NCBI GenBank assembly: GCA_964016885.1
Contig: OZ024756.1
Span: 34,100,001 to 34,164,000 of the forward strand
Origin: Eledone cirrhosa
Lineage: Eukaryota
Length of the DNA stretch: 64,000 nucleotides
Reading direction: 5' to 3'
Shown here: positions 39,561 to 53,054 of the stretch, one piece after another
Layout of the letters: every line of letters begins with the position of its first letter
Numbering within the stretch: the stretch's first letter is position 1
Program-made: the position numbers and the translations under genes
Notes under the pieces: generated by a model
The model's database searches: none
Seen by the model: only the letters and a program-made list of their open reading frames with translations
Told to the model about the DNA's origin: nothing

Positions 39561-42500
39561 GTGTACGGCGATAGTGTGTACGTGTAGCAATTTGTCTATG
39601 ATCTACACGCTCGGGGGGGGGGGGGGGGACCTATCCCTGCAAAATTTCGCTTAAAAAATATAAGTAAGAAAGTTAGATGAGTCACTATCTCCTTACGGGC
39701 AACTAACGCTGTACACCAGGTCCGAACTCCCACTACCATTGCCTCCATTTCTCTCGCCATCTCTCTATTATGAGCAAATGGGGTCCCACGGAATTTGTAT
39801 TTTATTTGTATTTTCAAAGAAAGTTAGGAAGACAAGACTAAGAGTGGGCGGCATTTAAGTTGCCTCAGAGATGGTTACAAGTGGATTGTCGTGTAAAGAA
39901 AGGAGACGAAAGCAGAAAAAGAAAACCGGCAGGGAATAAAAGGGGAGGCGGTTAGAGGTTAGGGTACGAAATATGAGAAAGATTAGCCCGTGGGGTGACG
40001 GTGAGGTTATTTTATGGAGTGTTTAAGGAAGGTTAGTAAGGGAGTAAGATAGTTGGTGAGGGATTATAGTAAATTGTTCAAATAACATCCTCAGGTCACG
40101 CTGATAGGAATAAGGCCTAGCATTCTAAAGTTCCTACATCCGTTTTAGTTATACTATCCAATATCCTTTTAGCTTTTTATTTTCTTTCTTTGTATTTTCA
40201 AAACGGATGGGTATGAATTGTGGGTGAAATTTGGTTTATTTCTAGCAAGTCAAACAACGTTCACATATAGACTTAACTAAACCGGACCAGACCTTTGACA
40301 CGACGATAGATTACAAACAGCGATAAATTGACTTGTAATAGAAACACATTGTCACGCGTCAACAAAGAATCCGTTCTCTATTGATAATGAACTCGATATG
40401 CTAGAAGTAGCTGCCAAAACTCCAATAAATCACACGTACTTCCGTCTTTAAAATAAAATAAGTCAGATTAATCTACTCGAGCTTAAACGACAGTATCATG
40501 AGGAACCATAGGCGATTTAAAAGTGACGACAACCAGCCACTTTTAAATGAGATTGTTTTGGCCAGGTTGGTATGAAAAGGGTTTAATTAAATAGGAACCC
40601 TTTTAATTGGGTGGTTTTATTTCATAGAACCAGAAGTTGTTTGGAAGCGAGTTTCGTATCAAACAGATTAATAGATAAGGCAAAGCTACCAGAAAGCACT
40701 TTACGACGCCTATTAAGCTATGGGAGGCTGGCATGCAATGGCGATGAGGGCGGAATAGAGGATAGTTGAAAAAAAAATTCACGAAAATTTAGAAACAAAC
40801 TAATTTTGGAGTTGTTTCCCTTGCCTTTAACAAAGATTATCAAAGTTAATACATTTTTCATTTTATTATGGATGGAATTTAATATTTTTTTTTAAATTTG
40901 TTTGGATAACTATGTTAAATATGTTGCTCCTCACTTAGGATGCAGAAGGTATCCCTGGGGAATTTTCGCAAATACAAAAAATTATATACCACAAATTAGC
41001 GATGGCGTTTACGCGATCACTTGACCTGCTCGAAATAGCAGCGAAAGTTTAAACCACACCCTACCATCGTTAAAAAAAAAGACAGACAATGCCCCGATAT
41101 ATATTACTAAAATGATAAATTGGGCACTGTTAGAATATCATAAGCATGTTTCTAAGTCAACTACGGTTGACCTAGGGTTAAACATTAACAGACGTTTAAC
41201 AAAAATGTAATACCACTAGCCATGTTGCTGATACACAACGAAATAATGTATTTATAAAGCCGCTACTATATAAAAAAAAACAAAAAAACTAGGCAACTAA
41301 AATTATTTTAATCTCAATTTATTCGCTAAAATATTACGTGCTCCAGCTGACAAGCTGAGGCCATGCTGGGAGCAAACTATTTTTAAAGTATTTAAAAACC
41401 TTCCATTATAAATATGTAAATAAAAAATTTAAAAAAAAAAACTTTAAAGTTATGTTTTAAACAGTATGTTAATGAAAAAGTTTGTTTTTACTAATCTTCA
41501 TTATTTTCAAAACCAACTAAATTAGAGATATTTGGCAACGAAATAGTCAATAACATTCGAAACCAGCTTCTTTCTACGTGATAGCTAGACCAGTTAACAA
41601 AAGCAGCAGCGAAAGGTTTCCCCTAAAATCGTACCATACCGCCTTCACAAAGAAAATGCCCGAGAATGTAATCCTCATACACTAGGTTTGTAAAAAGAAA
41701 ACATTTATATTTATATATAATATATAAAATATATATATATAAAATATATAAAATATATATATATAAAATATATATATATATTAAAAAACAAAACGAGAGA
41801 GACAAAAAAAAAAAAGAGAGAGAGGCAAAGAGGGAAGAAAGAAAAAAAAAGGAGAGAAAACAGAGAGAGATGGGATGGGATTGTCAAGTCTGAAATACTA
41901 TCTCGTTGGTTATAGGGTCGATAAAAGGTTAAATAAACAAAAACATCGTTAAACCCTTTTAATAGCAACCCGCCCAAAACTGCCTCCAACAATTTTAAAG
42001 GGTTCCTATTTAAATTAAAACCTTCCAACAATTTTCTTTTATAAAGAACATTTTGTAAAGTTATACCACCTTAGAACATTGTTAAATAATAACATTTTTG
42101 AAATCCAGTTAAATTAACATCTTAATGAAATAAGTTTGATACATCTCTCCAAAGTTTCATTAAAGTTTTTTTTAAATCTCTCCAAAGTTTTCATTAATTA
42201 ATTAAAATGCAATGTATTTCAGTAGAAATAGTCACGAAGGAGTTAAATGGTTATTAAATGTTTAAAAAAAAAAAAAAAAAAATTAACCTGACCAAAATTG
42301 CCTTTATTAAAAAGTGTTCCAATTTATATTCTAAGATTTTCGAATGGAATCTCATATTGCATTACAGATCAAATCAGATTTCAGTACTTAAATAGGTCTT
42401 TTATTGTTGGTGTCGTTAGATGTTTCAGTAAACCTCGCAATTCTCAAGAATTGAAACAAAGGCAAACATGTATATTCTTTGTAAGAAATATTGTCACAAA

Positions 42501-42733
42501 AGAGTTAATATCGTTGGTAAATGAAATAAGCCGAATTTTACAACAAATTTATATAAACTTCAAAATTCTAAAATATAAAAGATTTAACTAATAAATATGA
42601 ATGAAATTTTAAGAAACACGGGGAAAAAAAAAAAAAGGAAAACAAAAATAAATAAGAGTTCGCAAAGCTGACAAAATGAACATTGTGTAGATTTTGTTAA
42701 AATGAACAATTAATTAAATTTAACAATAGCAAA

Positions 42734-42800
<67 letters not shown>

Positions 42801-42827
42801 AATAAAACAACACTTAAACTTGCTTAC

Positions 42828-42950
42828 CGCGCTAAGTTGGAAGAAAAAATAAGAGAGGAAGACAGACAAATATATATAATATATACACACGAGGACAGTT
42901 TAACAGTCGGTGCTGGTCCGAAACCTTAGAGAGAAAGCACTGCGCAGCTG
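42828..42950 (-). promoter_or_regulatory. Candidate non-coding first (5' UTR) exon / TSS region of the thymosin gene
   Basis: Strong donor GCG|GTAAGC at 42827 in non-repetitive, CpG-containing sequence, with an Inr-like GCAGT near 42940. Coding exon 1 has an acceptor 14 nt before its ATG, so an upstream exon is expected. Confidence 0.3.
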
Positions 42951-43869
42951 GTTGGAATTTAATGAAAACTTTCTCATACAGCTCCCCCACAAACTAGGAA
43001 ATATGATGAAGGGGAGAGGAGATAAAGAGGAGGAAAGAGGAAGTACAGAGAGAGAGAAACAGTGATAAATCAAGGAAGAGAGCGTAGTAGGAAGAAAGGG
43101 AGGAGGAAATAAAGAGAAACAAAGTGACAGATCGTGACTAAGAGAGAGAGAGAGAAAGAGAAAGAGAGAGAGAAATAGGAAGTAAGAAGGGGAGGGAATG
43201 AGAAACAGAGTGATAGATTACACTAAAAAATAAAGAGGGAGAGGGATAGAGAGGGAAAAGAGAGCGTGGTAGAGGGAGGAAGAGAGAGAGGAGAGCGTGG
43301 TAGAAGGAGGAAGAGAGATGAAGAGTGTGCTAGGAAGGAGGCAAAGAGAGATAAAGACGAAAAAAAAAAGGAAGGAAGGAGGGAGAGAGAGAAAGAAAAA
43401 AGCATGGTAGGAAGCAGGGAGGGAGAGAGAGGGGTAGAAAGCAAAACGAGAGGAGGAGGAAGAAGAGAGAGACAGGGTGATGGATGGAGGTACTACAACA
43501 TAGATTATATATCATAGAGGAGAGAGAAAAGATGTAGAGAAAAGTGAAAGCAATAAGGACGATGATCTGTTGCTGTCCTCCTATTTCTCCTCCACCTCAC
43601 ACACACACAGCAAGAGACACACATATAGCAAGAATAGAGAGGAGGAGAGAGAAAAAGACAAAGGCTGACAGAGTTCTTTGACATGGAACACTACTCTTCC
43701 TACTACCCTTAAAAAAATGATAAACATAAGAGAAAGAAAGAACAAAGAAATGAATCTGTAACAGCACCACTACCTACTAATACTACTACCCCCGCTTTAA
43801 ACGGATGAAAAAAGTTTGATTAGAGCGCTTAATGCATATATATATATATATACACACAAACACGTTACA

Positions 43870-43913
<44 letters not shown>

Positions 43914-43920
43914 AACACGT

Positions 43921-43960
<40 letters not shown>

Positions 43961-44844
43961 AACACAGGAAGTGATAGCTATCTTTTACCTTCGACAACAC
44001 ATCCAACACTATCAACACAATCAGTACTGCCAACACCACCACTACCTATATACCAGCACCGCTAACACCACTATCACCACTTCCAACATAGCCAACACCA
44101 CCGCCAACATCACGGAAATTAAGAAGACTTTATTTCTTTATAATTTACATACATTCCACTAGTAAAGAGAACAGGGAGAGCCTGTACATAGTCACTTGGC
44201 CTGCTGGAAATAGCAGCCAAATCTCCCTTAAACCACACCCATCAACAAATTGGATGGATAATGTTATCAAGAGACATAATTTGACTTTTAAAAAAAAAAA
44301 CAGGATTGTCATGCCTGGAACGCTTTTGGTTTTAGATTTGCTCTATTAGGACTGACGTTGGACTAAAACTATAAAGAAAACTTCCAGCTACGAAGGTGTC
44401 GTCTGTACGCGACCGTTCCATCTCTGCTGGAGATAAAAGTCAAATTGCTCTTGCTCCAAATTTCACATCTCGACATAAATATACAAGATGACGGAATGGC
44501 CATGGTTGGAACATTCTTTGATTATAGATCTGCTCAATGAGAGCAAACCTGAGGCTAAACAATAACGAACCAGAAGTAGGTTGAAACTAAAGATGGGGGG
44601 AGAGGACAAGCAGGAGAATTAGTTCTTGTAACATGAGCAAGAGGAATCGACTAGGGACTCTTCGTTTATAGGAAATAGCAGCTAAATCAACCTCAAGCCA
44701 CAGTACAGTCTTCAAGCTAAAACTTCGAAGTCACTGCTACTTTTCTATTTAAATAAATTTCTATAATCTACTCTCAAGTATTGTCTACCCATTCAGTTAT
44801 CGTCTGAATGTTTTAAATACGATTTTATATATATATATAATTTG

Positions 44845-45045
44845 TCGATCGACCTTCGTCAAATCGGACCGAAGAAACAATGTTTCCGTTGGTCCTTCCA
44901 ATTGCTAGTACTATCTATCGGTCGCAACTCCAGGTAGAAGGAGCAACATAAAATAAAATGTTTTATTCAAGGACATAACGCATCGCTCTGTCCAGGAATC
45001 GAACTGACAACCTCACGATTGCGAATCCAGTTCTCTAACCAATCA
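44845..45045 (-). mobile_element. SINE family B
   Basis: Reverse complement of 20462-20670. Confidence 0.8.
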
Positions 45046-46170
45046 GCATGTGTGAGTCCCGGGTTCAATCGGGGGGTAACCACAGTAAATGAAGTACTCA
45101 ATACATTAGTAGAATATATACAAACATTTTAAATAGAAATGGCTTCTACAGGACTAGAACTGTTTCATTCGATGGTTATCGGCAGATGACCATAGATATT
45201 AAAAAAAAAAAAGGTACTCAGTACGTTGGTAGAGTATAGGCATCTTTATTTTATATAAAAGATGTGAATAAATACAATGCGATTAAGAGTGGATGGTTAC
45301 GGTTGAAACGCCTTAGATTATAGGTCTGGTCTGGATCTAGTCAGAATTGTTCAAGCATTGGACAAAAATGCTATGTAGTATTTAACAACCATAGACCTTC
45401 CAGACAGAAAGAGTCCAAATCCAACCGAGAAGTCAACTTCACTTTTCATCCATTTGAGCTCGAAAAAAAAAGTACCAGTTTAGTACTAGGGTTGATTCTT
45501 CCTTTCTATCTCTTTCTCACTTCCTTTCTCTCACTCTCTCTCTCTCTCTTTCTCTGAAAGAGATCTGCTGTGTTCAGAACTCGGTATCTCTTTTTTTCTA
45601 TTTCTATTTTGTTTACTTCGTCTTCTCATCAAAATATGAGCCAAAAAAAAGATGTGACACAGAGGAAAACAAAGAGTCATTGAAGAGGTCACAGAATGTG
45701 TGACGAAATATCTTCGTCGAACTCCAAGTATGGCTTCTTCTTCTTCTTGTACTTAGTGTTTCTACCTAGAGTTTATGACCGGCTTCCCATGGGTACTCCG
45801 AGCTATACACTCTATCCAGTAACAATACACCCAGAGACCCTTCGGAGGAAACAAACGTTTATAAGAATCCTTAGATGAAAGATCAAGGAAAACCGTGCTC
45901 AACATGTATGTGCGACCATTAGATTCGGCAGCTAGCGCGTGGGCACCCATTTGATCATAATAGTGAGAGGTGGGGAAAGCGGGAAAGACGGAGGCAGTGA
46001 GAATGACAGTGCGGGTTTGGTTCCTTTGTATTCTGACCTGGTGTACATGTTGCACGGATTTAACATAACTGCTATATTTTGAATTAATCCCTTCTCATTT
46101 ATTATTACCCACCCGTTCTGAACACCAAGTCCTCCTTATATAGACTGTATCTGTCGTTGAAACTTTAGTT

Positions 46171-46218
46171 CTTCTCTGATGAACCTGTGAAAAACTGGCG
46201 AAACTCCACAGTAACAAG
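46171..46218 (+). ncRNA. Degenerate hammerhead ribozyme motif at the end of a probable Penelope-like remnant
   Basis: CTTCT-CTGATGA-acctgt gaaaa actggc-GAAACT ccac AGTA-acaag; stems I and II each carry mismatches. Upstream decayed coding-like DNA includes a GHPFD stretch (45941) reminiscent of the PLE GIY-YIG C-terminus. Confidence 0.5.
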
Positions 46219-46967
46219 ACAAATAACAAAGCTGAAGTGAAAATCAACGTGACTATCCTCAAACATAATATGTTTCAACACACGATTTCACGTCAAGAAT
46301 CTTGCAAAACAACTACATACACGGCGTGTGTGCTTGTGTCTCTGTCTGTGCGTGTTTGTATATGATGTTTGTGCGTGAGTGTGTGATGTTTGTGCGTGAG
46401 TGTCTGTATATACGTGTGAGTGTTTGTGTCTGTGTGTCTCTCGCTCTGTGTGTCTGCGTGTGTACACACATTCAGAGAGAACTAACTATTCATGTTCTGC
46501 TCTATTAATACCACAGAATCTGTAAACTAAATTCAACTAAGCCAAAGATGGGTGCATCGACCTGGTCGATCGAAATGCTACACATAGCAACTCAAATTTT
46601 CCTCAAATTCATCACCACACTCTAACTACGCTCTTTTCAACATCAAGAAGAGACTTTGTTGAAGAAGAAAGAGGAGGTGAAGAAGAAGAAGACGGTAAAA
46701 TAAAATAAAAAGTTCAAAACAGGTTGTTCCGGTCATTTACTATCAACCAATTTGTTTAAAGATATCTTTCTTTCTTTCCTTCTTCTTCCCCTTGGGGAGG
46801 CCGTGAACTGGAGACAGAGTCATCAGACACGCCTTCTAGAAGGGCCTATCAGAAGCAACCCTCTCCAATTCCTCTGGCTAGATCCACTTTAAACATATCC
46901 TATTTTTTATGTTGATTATCTTAAGTTAAAGTAATTAGAAGCTTATTTGGTTAGGGTTGTGGAGTCG

Positions 46968-47352
46968 TGTGGCCTTGTGGTAAGGCTGTTGGACTTTCTA
47001 TATTTTAGCACAAGGCCAACAATTACCCAGTGCATTACTTTATCGACCCCGTAAGGATGAAAGGCAAAGTTAACCTCAGCGGGATTTGAACTCAAAGTCC
47101 CACAGCCTTACCACTGGAGCAATGTAGAATGGAGTGTTTTGTTTTGCTCAAGAACACAACACACAACCCAGCCCAGGAATCGAACCCACGACATTATGAT
47201 GTTGGACTTACGATCTTAATGCCGTGGGTTCGATTCCTGGGCTGGGTTGTGTGTTGTGTTCTTGAGCAAAACAAAACACTTTATTTCACGTTGCTCCAGT
47301 AGTAAGGGTGTTGGACTTACGATCGTAATATCATGGGTTCGATTCCTGGACT
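46968..47352. mobile_element. Composite of SINE A and B pieces with nested inverted repeats
   Basis: SINE A (-) at 47005-47095 flanked by a ~20-bp IR; SINE B head-to-head hairpin at 47113-47300; extra tRNA-like head at 47302-47352. Confidence 0.75.
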
Positions 47353-48703
47353 GAACGAGAGGTCTCTAGATGTGTATATAGAGGTTGTCTTAGTCCAGCT
47401 GTGTGTATAAGTTCATTAGAACGAGAGGTGTGTACATGTTGTATATATAGAGGTTGTCTAAGTCCAGCTGTGTGTATAATAAGTTCATAAGAACGAGAGG
47501 TGTGTACATGTTGTATATATAGAGGTTGTCTTAGTCCAGCTGTGTGTATAATAAGTTCATTAGAACGAGAGGTGTGTAGATATTGTATATATAGAGGTTG
47601 TCTTAGTCCAGCTGTGTGTATAATAAGTTCATTAGAACGGGAGGTGTGTAGATGTTGTATATATAGAGGTTGTCTTAGTCCAGCTGTGTGTATAATAAGT
47701 TCATTAGAACGAGAGGTGTGTACATGTTGTATATATAGAGGTTGTCTTAGTCCAGCTGTGTGTATAATAAGTTCATTAGAACGAGAGGTGTGTAGATGTT
47801 GTATATATAGAGGCTACCTAAGTCCAGCTGTGTGTATAATAAGTTCATTAGAACGAGAGGTGTGTACATGTTGTATATATAGAGGTTGTCTTAGTCCAGC
47901 TGTGTGTATAATAAGTTCATAAGAACGAGAGGTGTGTACATGTTGTATATATAGAGGTTGTCTTAGTCCAGCTGTGTGTATAATAAGTTCATTAGAACGG
48001 GAGGTGTGTAGATGTTGTATATATAGAGGCTACCTAAGTCCAGCTGTGTGTATAATAAGTTCATTAGAACGAGAGGTGTGTACATGTTGTATATATAGAG
48101 GTTGTCTTAGTCCAGCTGTGTGTATAATAAGTTCATAAGAACGAGAGGTGTGTACATGTTGTATATATAGAGGTTGTCTTAGTCCAGCTGTGTGTATAAT
48201 AAGTTCATAAGAACGAGAGGTGTGTAGATGTTGTATATATAGAGGTTGTCTTAGTCCAGCTGTGTGTATAAGTTCATATGAACGAGAGGTGTGTACATGT
48301 TGTATATATAGAGGTTGTCTTAGTCCAGCTGTGTGTATAATAAGTTCATTAGAACGGGAGGTGTGTAGATGTTGTATATATAGAGGCTACCTAAGTCCAG
48401 CTGTGTGTATAAGTTCATAAGAACGAGAGGTGTACATGTTGTATATATAGAGGTTGTCTCAGTCCAGCTGTGTGTATAATAAGTTCATATGAACGAGAGG
48501 TGTGTACATGTTGTATATATAGAGGTTGTCTTAGTCCAGCTGTGTGTATAATAAGTTCATTAGAACGGGAGGTGTGTAGATGTTGTATATATAGAGGCTA
48601 CCTAAGTCCAGCTGTGTGTATAAGTTCATAAGAACGAGAGGTGTACATGTTGTATATATAGAGGTTGTCTTAGTCCAGCTGTATGTATAATAAGTTCATA
48701 AGA
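47352..48703. repeat. 72-bp satellite, ~19 copies
   Basis: Unit gaacgagaggtgtgtacatgttgtatatatagaggttgtcttagtccagctgtgtgtataataagttcatta. Confidence 0.97.
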
Positions 48704-48938
48704 AGGCCGGGGGTTTTATTTTTATTTTCAAAAGCAGCTGCAACAGAATGACTCATTAGATCACTCCCACTTACAACTGGCCTGATGTGTGTATGTGATT
48801 ATATGTGAATATATATATATGTGTGTGTGTGTGTGTGTTTGTGTGCCAGTATACATATATGTGTGTGTGTGTATGTGTGTGTGTGTGTCATATGAGGTGA
48901 AAGGGCTGGAGGGAAACATTGACTCACACACACACACA

Positions 48939-48994
<56 letters not shown>

Positions 48995-49059
48995 CCCCAT
49001 CATAATGGTTAGACGGAACAGGAAAAGCCCTTTTCCTGTTCCGTATAACAATTATCAGT

Positions 49060-49100
49060 CCGAGCTGAAGATCCGCACAAGGTGAAACAATTGTTCTCGG
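49060..49100 (+). ncRNA. Minimal type-I hammerhead ribozyme motif
   Basis: CCGAG-CTGAAGA-T CC GCACAA GG T-GAAAC AATT GTT-CTCGG: perfect 5-bp stem I, palindromic stem III ACAATTGT, GUU triplet. Confidence 0.72.
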
Positions 49101-49713
49101 TATGGTGAACTAACTGTTGTGTTACTACTTCCACCAAACTCGTCCCATGGACGAGTTTGGTAGAAGTAGTAACACATATATATATGGGGGTCGTACCCCT
49201 AACGGTAGTTCTCAGGGAGATTCGCCGTGACACACAATGTGAAAAAGCTGGCCCTTCGATTTACAGATACAACTCATTTTTGCCAGCTGAGTATATACAT
49301 ATACATACATGTGTGGGCGGGTGTATGTCTTTGTGTGTGGGGTGGGTGGACGTGTCAGTGTGTGGTCAAAAGTAATCCAGTTGTGACCATCCCCACTCTG
49401 TGTATTTTTTATGTACTACAGATCATTTTAACCACAGCATCCTTACCTCTCTTCATCTCTCTCTCTCTCTCTCTCTCTCACTCTCTCTAAGGCAGTTAAG
49501 TGTATTTAAGTTAAATGTGACTGTTATTTCTAACATGTTGTGTGACCACGTAGAATTAGCCTGCTTGCATGGAGCACGTAAGAAAATGGTTGATATGGAG
49601 ATAGATGGAGAGAGAGAGAGAGAGGGGAGGAGATGGGGATATAGAGGGGTAGAAGGAGAGAAAAGATGTGGGAGAGGGAGAACTTAAAACTACGACTGAC
49701 ATAACCAAATGGT

Positions 49714-50372
49714 TCCTATCCTATCCTATCTTGCCTGCCTGCCTCTGACTGCCTGCCTGCCTGCCTGCCTGCATGCCTGCCTGCCTGCCTGCCTGCCTGC
49801 CTATCCTGACTGACTGCCTGCCTGCCTGCCTATCCTGACTGCCTGCCTATCCTGACTGCCTATCCTGCCTGCCTACCTGCCTGCCTATCCTGCCTGCCTG
49901 CCTATCCTGCCTGCCTGCCTGCCTGCCTATCCTGCCTGCCTATCCTGACTGCCTGCCTGCCTGCCTGCCTATCCTGCCTGCCTACCTGCCTACCTGCCTG
50001 CCTATCCTGACTGACTGCCTACCTGCCTGCCTATCCTGACTGCCTGCCTGCCTGCCTATCCTGCCTGCCTGCCTATCCTGCCTGCCTGCCTGCCTGCCTA
50101 TCCTGCCTGCCTATCCTGACTGCCTGCCTGCCTGCCTATCCTGCCTGCCTGCCTATCCTGACTGCCTGCCTGCCTGCCTATCCTGACTGCCTGCCTGCCT
50201 GCCTGCCTATCCTGCCTGCCTATCCTGACTGCCTGCCTGCCTGCCTATCCTGCCTGCCTATCCTGCTTGACTGCCTGCCTGCCTATCCTGCCTGCCTATC
50301 CTGCCTGCCTATCCTGCTTGACTGCCTGCCTGCCTATCCTGCCTGCCTATCCTACCTGCCTGCCTGCCTGCT
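49714..50372. repeat. Interrupted (CCTG)n satellite with CCTAT/CTGA variants
   Basis: Direct inspection. Confidence 0.95.
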
Positions 50373-50658
50373 TCTAACTGCAGGTCATCTCATTTGAATA
50401 ATTAAAAAGGAGCAATGAGTGAGTCTGCCGATTATATCTTGAATATAATGAAGCAAAAAAAAAATGAAATTAATCAAATCCAATATATATAACGAATCAA
50501 TCAATTAGATCTAGGTCAATAGTATATGTCATAGAAGATAAATAATTGTTTCTATATTTTTATATTATTTTAGAAAATAGATAATGAGGTTTGATTAACG
50601 AAAATTTCCACAAATTCTAAAAAAGGAAAATTTGTACAGAATAAAATTATAGTAGGCC

Positions 50659-50741
<83 letters not shown>

Positions 50742-51324
50742 TGAGTATGTGTCTATGTGTCTGTGTGTGTGTGTCTGTCTGTGCCTGTGTCTGTGTGTGT
50801 ATGTGTGTATGTGTATGTGTGTGTGTGTGTATTACTTTTTTTTAAATAAAACTAAAAATTATTTAGTAGTTTCAGCGAAGAGGGTAATTATAAAATTTAA
50901 AGTTGATTTATTTAGATGATGGTAAATTACATAACCTTTATGAAGCAGCCTTTTAATCAAAAACGTTGTTCTGGTGAAAGCCTCGGCACTGCTCAAGAAA
51001 ACCATAACCTCGCCTCTACTCAAGAAGACCTTCGGCTGTGATCAAAACAACGAAGACCCTTTGAACAAAATTACGACTCTGCTCAAGAACACCATCTGCT
51101 CAAAGATTCGGCTCTGCTCAAGAAAACTAAAGCCTGATCAAAGCCTCGGCTTTACACGAGAAGACTGATCAAAATCTCGGCTCTACGTAAGAAGATTCTC
51201 TGATTAAAACCTCGGCTCTGACCAAGAAAACTCTCTGATCAAAACCACGACTTTGTTGAGACCCAGGGAGAGACCCCGAGCAAGACGGTTGGATAACATT
51301 CATGAGCTTTTTGAGGAGGGGGAT

Positions 51325-51418
51325 GAAGAAGAAGAAGAAGAAGAAGAAGAAGAAGAAGAAGAAGAAGAAGAAGAAGAAGAAGAAGAAGAAGAAGAAGAAG
51401 AAGAAGAAGAAGAAGAAA
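51325..51418. repeat. (GAA)n microsatellite
   Basis: Direct inspection; another at 54797-54843. Confidence 0.95.
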
Positions 51419-51777
51419 TTCCTTAGTCTATTGTAAAACGTCGTTGCCCCTTCCTTAATTGTTATATAACTGTCTACCTAGCTACCCAATGTATTGTAAC
51501 TCCCATCTTTACGATGTTTACTGTATTTCTAAGTACAAGCCCTGGTGACTAATTAAGAAATTATTAATATTATCATTATAATGATTGATTGATTGGCTTT
51601 TCACTGTATTTGTCATTGGACAATATTTGTCACCACCATGAATCAGTTGTTGAGGGCATGGCATTGTAAAATCATTACTGGTCTTCTAAATGTTATATGT
51701 GTGTGTGTGTGTCCATCTTCTAAAGTTGCAGCGGCTACTACACGCTTTCATTAGCAATAATTACTGTGTAAATATAT

Positions 51778-51779
<2 letters not shown>

Positions 51780-51815
<36 letters not shown>

Positions 51816-52456
51816 TCAAACGTACTTCATATATAAAGATATAAATACATTATATATATATATACGCCTATAAATACATACATATATATATACATGTACA
51901 TATAAATACATACATATATATATACATGTACATATAAATACATACATATATATACATATACATATAAATACATACATATATATACATATAAATACATACA
52001 CATATATATACATATATAAATATATATATATATATATATAAATATATATACATATATATAAATATATATAAATATATATACACACACACATATATATACA
52101 TATAAATACATACACATATATATACATATATAAATATATATATATATATATAATATATATAAATATATATACACACACACACATATATATATACATATAA
52201 ATACATACACATATATATACATATATAAATACATATATAAATATATATATATATATATAAATATATATACATATATATAAATATATATAAATATATATAC
52301 ACACACACATATATATATACATATAAATACATACATATACATACATATATATATATATACACACACATATATATATACACACACACACATATATATATAC
52401 ACACACACATATATATACACACACACACATATATATATACACACACACATATATAT

Positions 52457-52545
<89 letters not shown>

Positions 52546-52584
52546 TATACACACATACATATATATACACACTCATATATATAT

Positions 52585-52630
<46 letters not shown>
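51780..52630. repeat. (TA)n/(CA)n microsatellite field
   Basis: Direct inspection. Confidence 0.95.
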
Positions 52631-52633
<3 letters not shown>

Positions 52634-52770
52634 CCATCCTCTTCGTAGCTTTTAAGTCCACTTTTTCGAATGTTTTCAGACTATGTTTAAAAGCCGGATG
52701 CCCTTTCTGACGCCGGATGCCCTTTCTGACGCCAGGTACAAATATAGTCTAATCTAATAAGCGCACATCT

Positions 52771-52820
<50 letters not shown>

Positions 52821-53054
52821 GCGTGTGCGTGTGTGTGTGTGTGTGTGTACCCTATAGCAAGCTACAGTGAACAGTCATTATCAGTAACTAGTACTAGATA
52901 AATAAATAATGTCAATATATTATTGAATACATTGATGTTATGGTATTTAGTGACTTCACTGACTAACAACTGTACTGTGGTGTAATTGCACTGATATATG
53001 ACTTAACAATCCTGCACTCATAATACTTTACCTCTTCCCTTCACTGATCTAAAC

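Noticed and set aside
38754-39590. Extensin-like PPPPHIYINT ORF
   Set aside because: Minisatellite open on both strands, with no signal peptide or convincing splice context.
47500-48420. Cys-rich 24-aa repeat ORFs; CRISPR-like appearance of the 72-bp array
   Set aside because: Units are contiguous with no unique spacers, several contain TAA stops, the context is eukaryotic and no cas genes are present.
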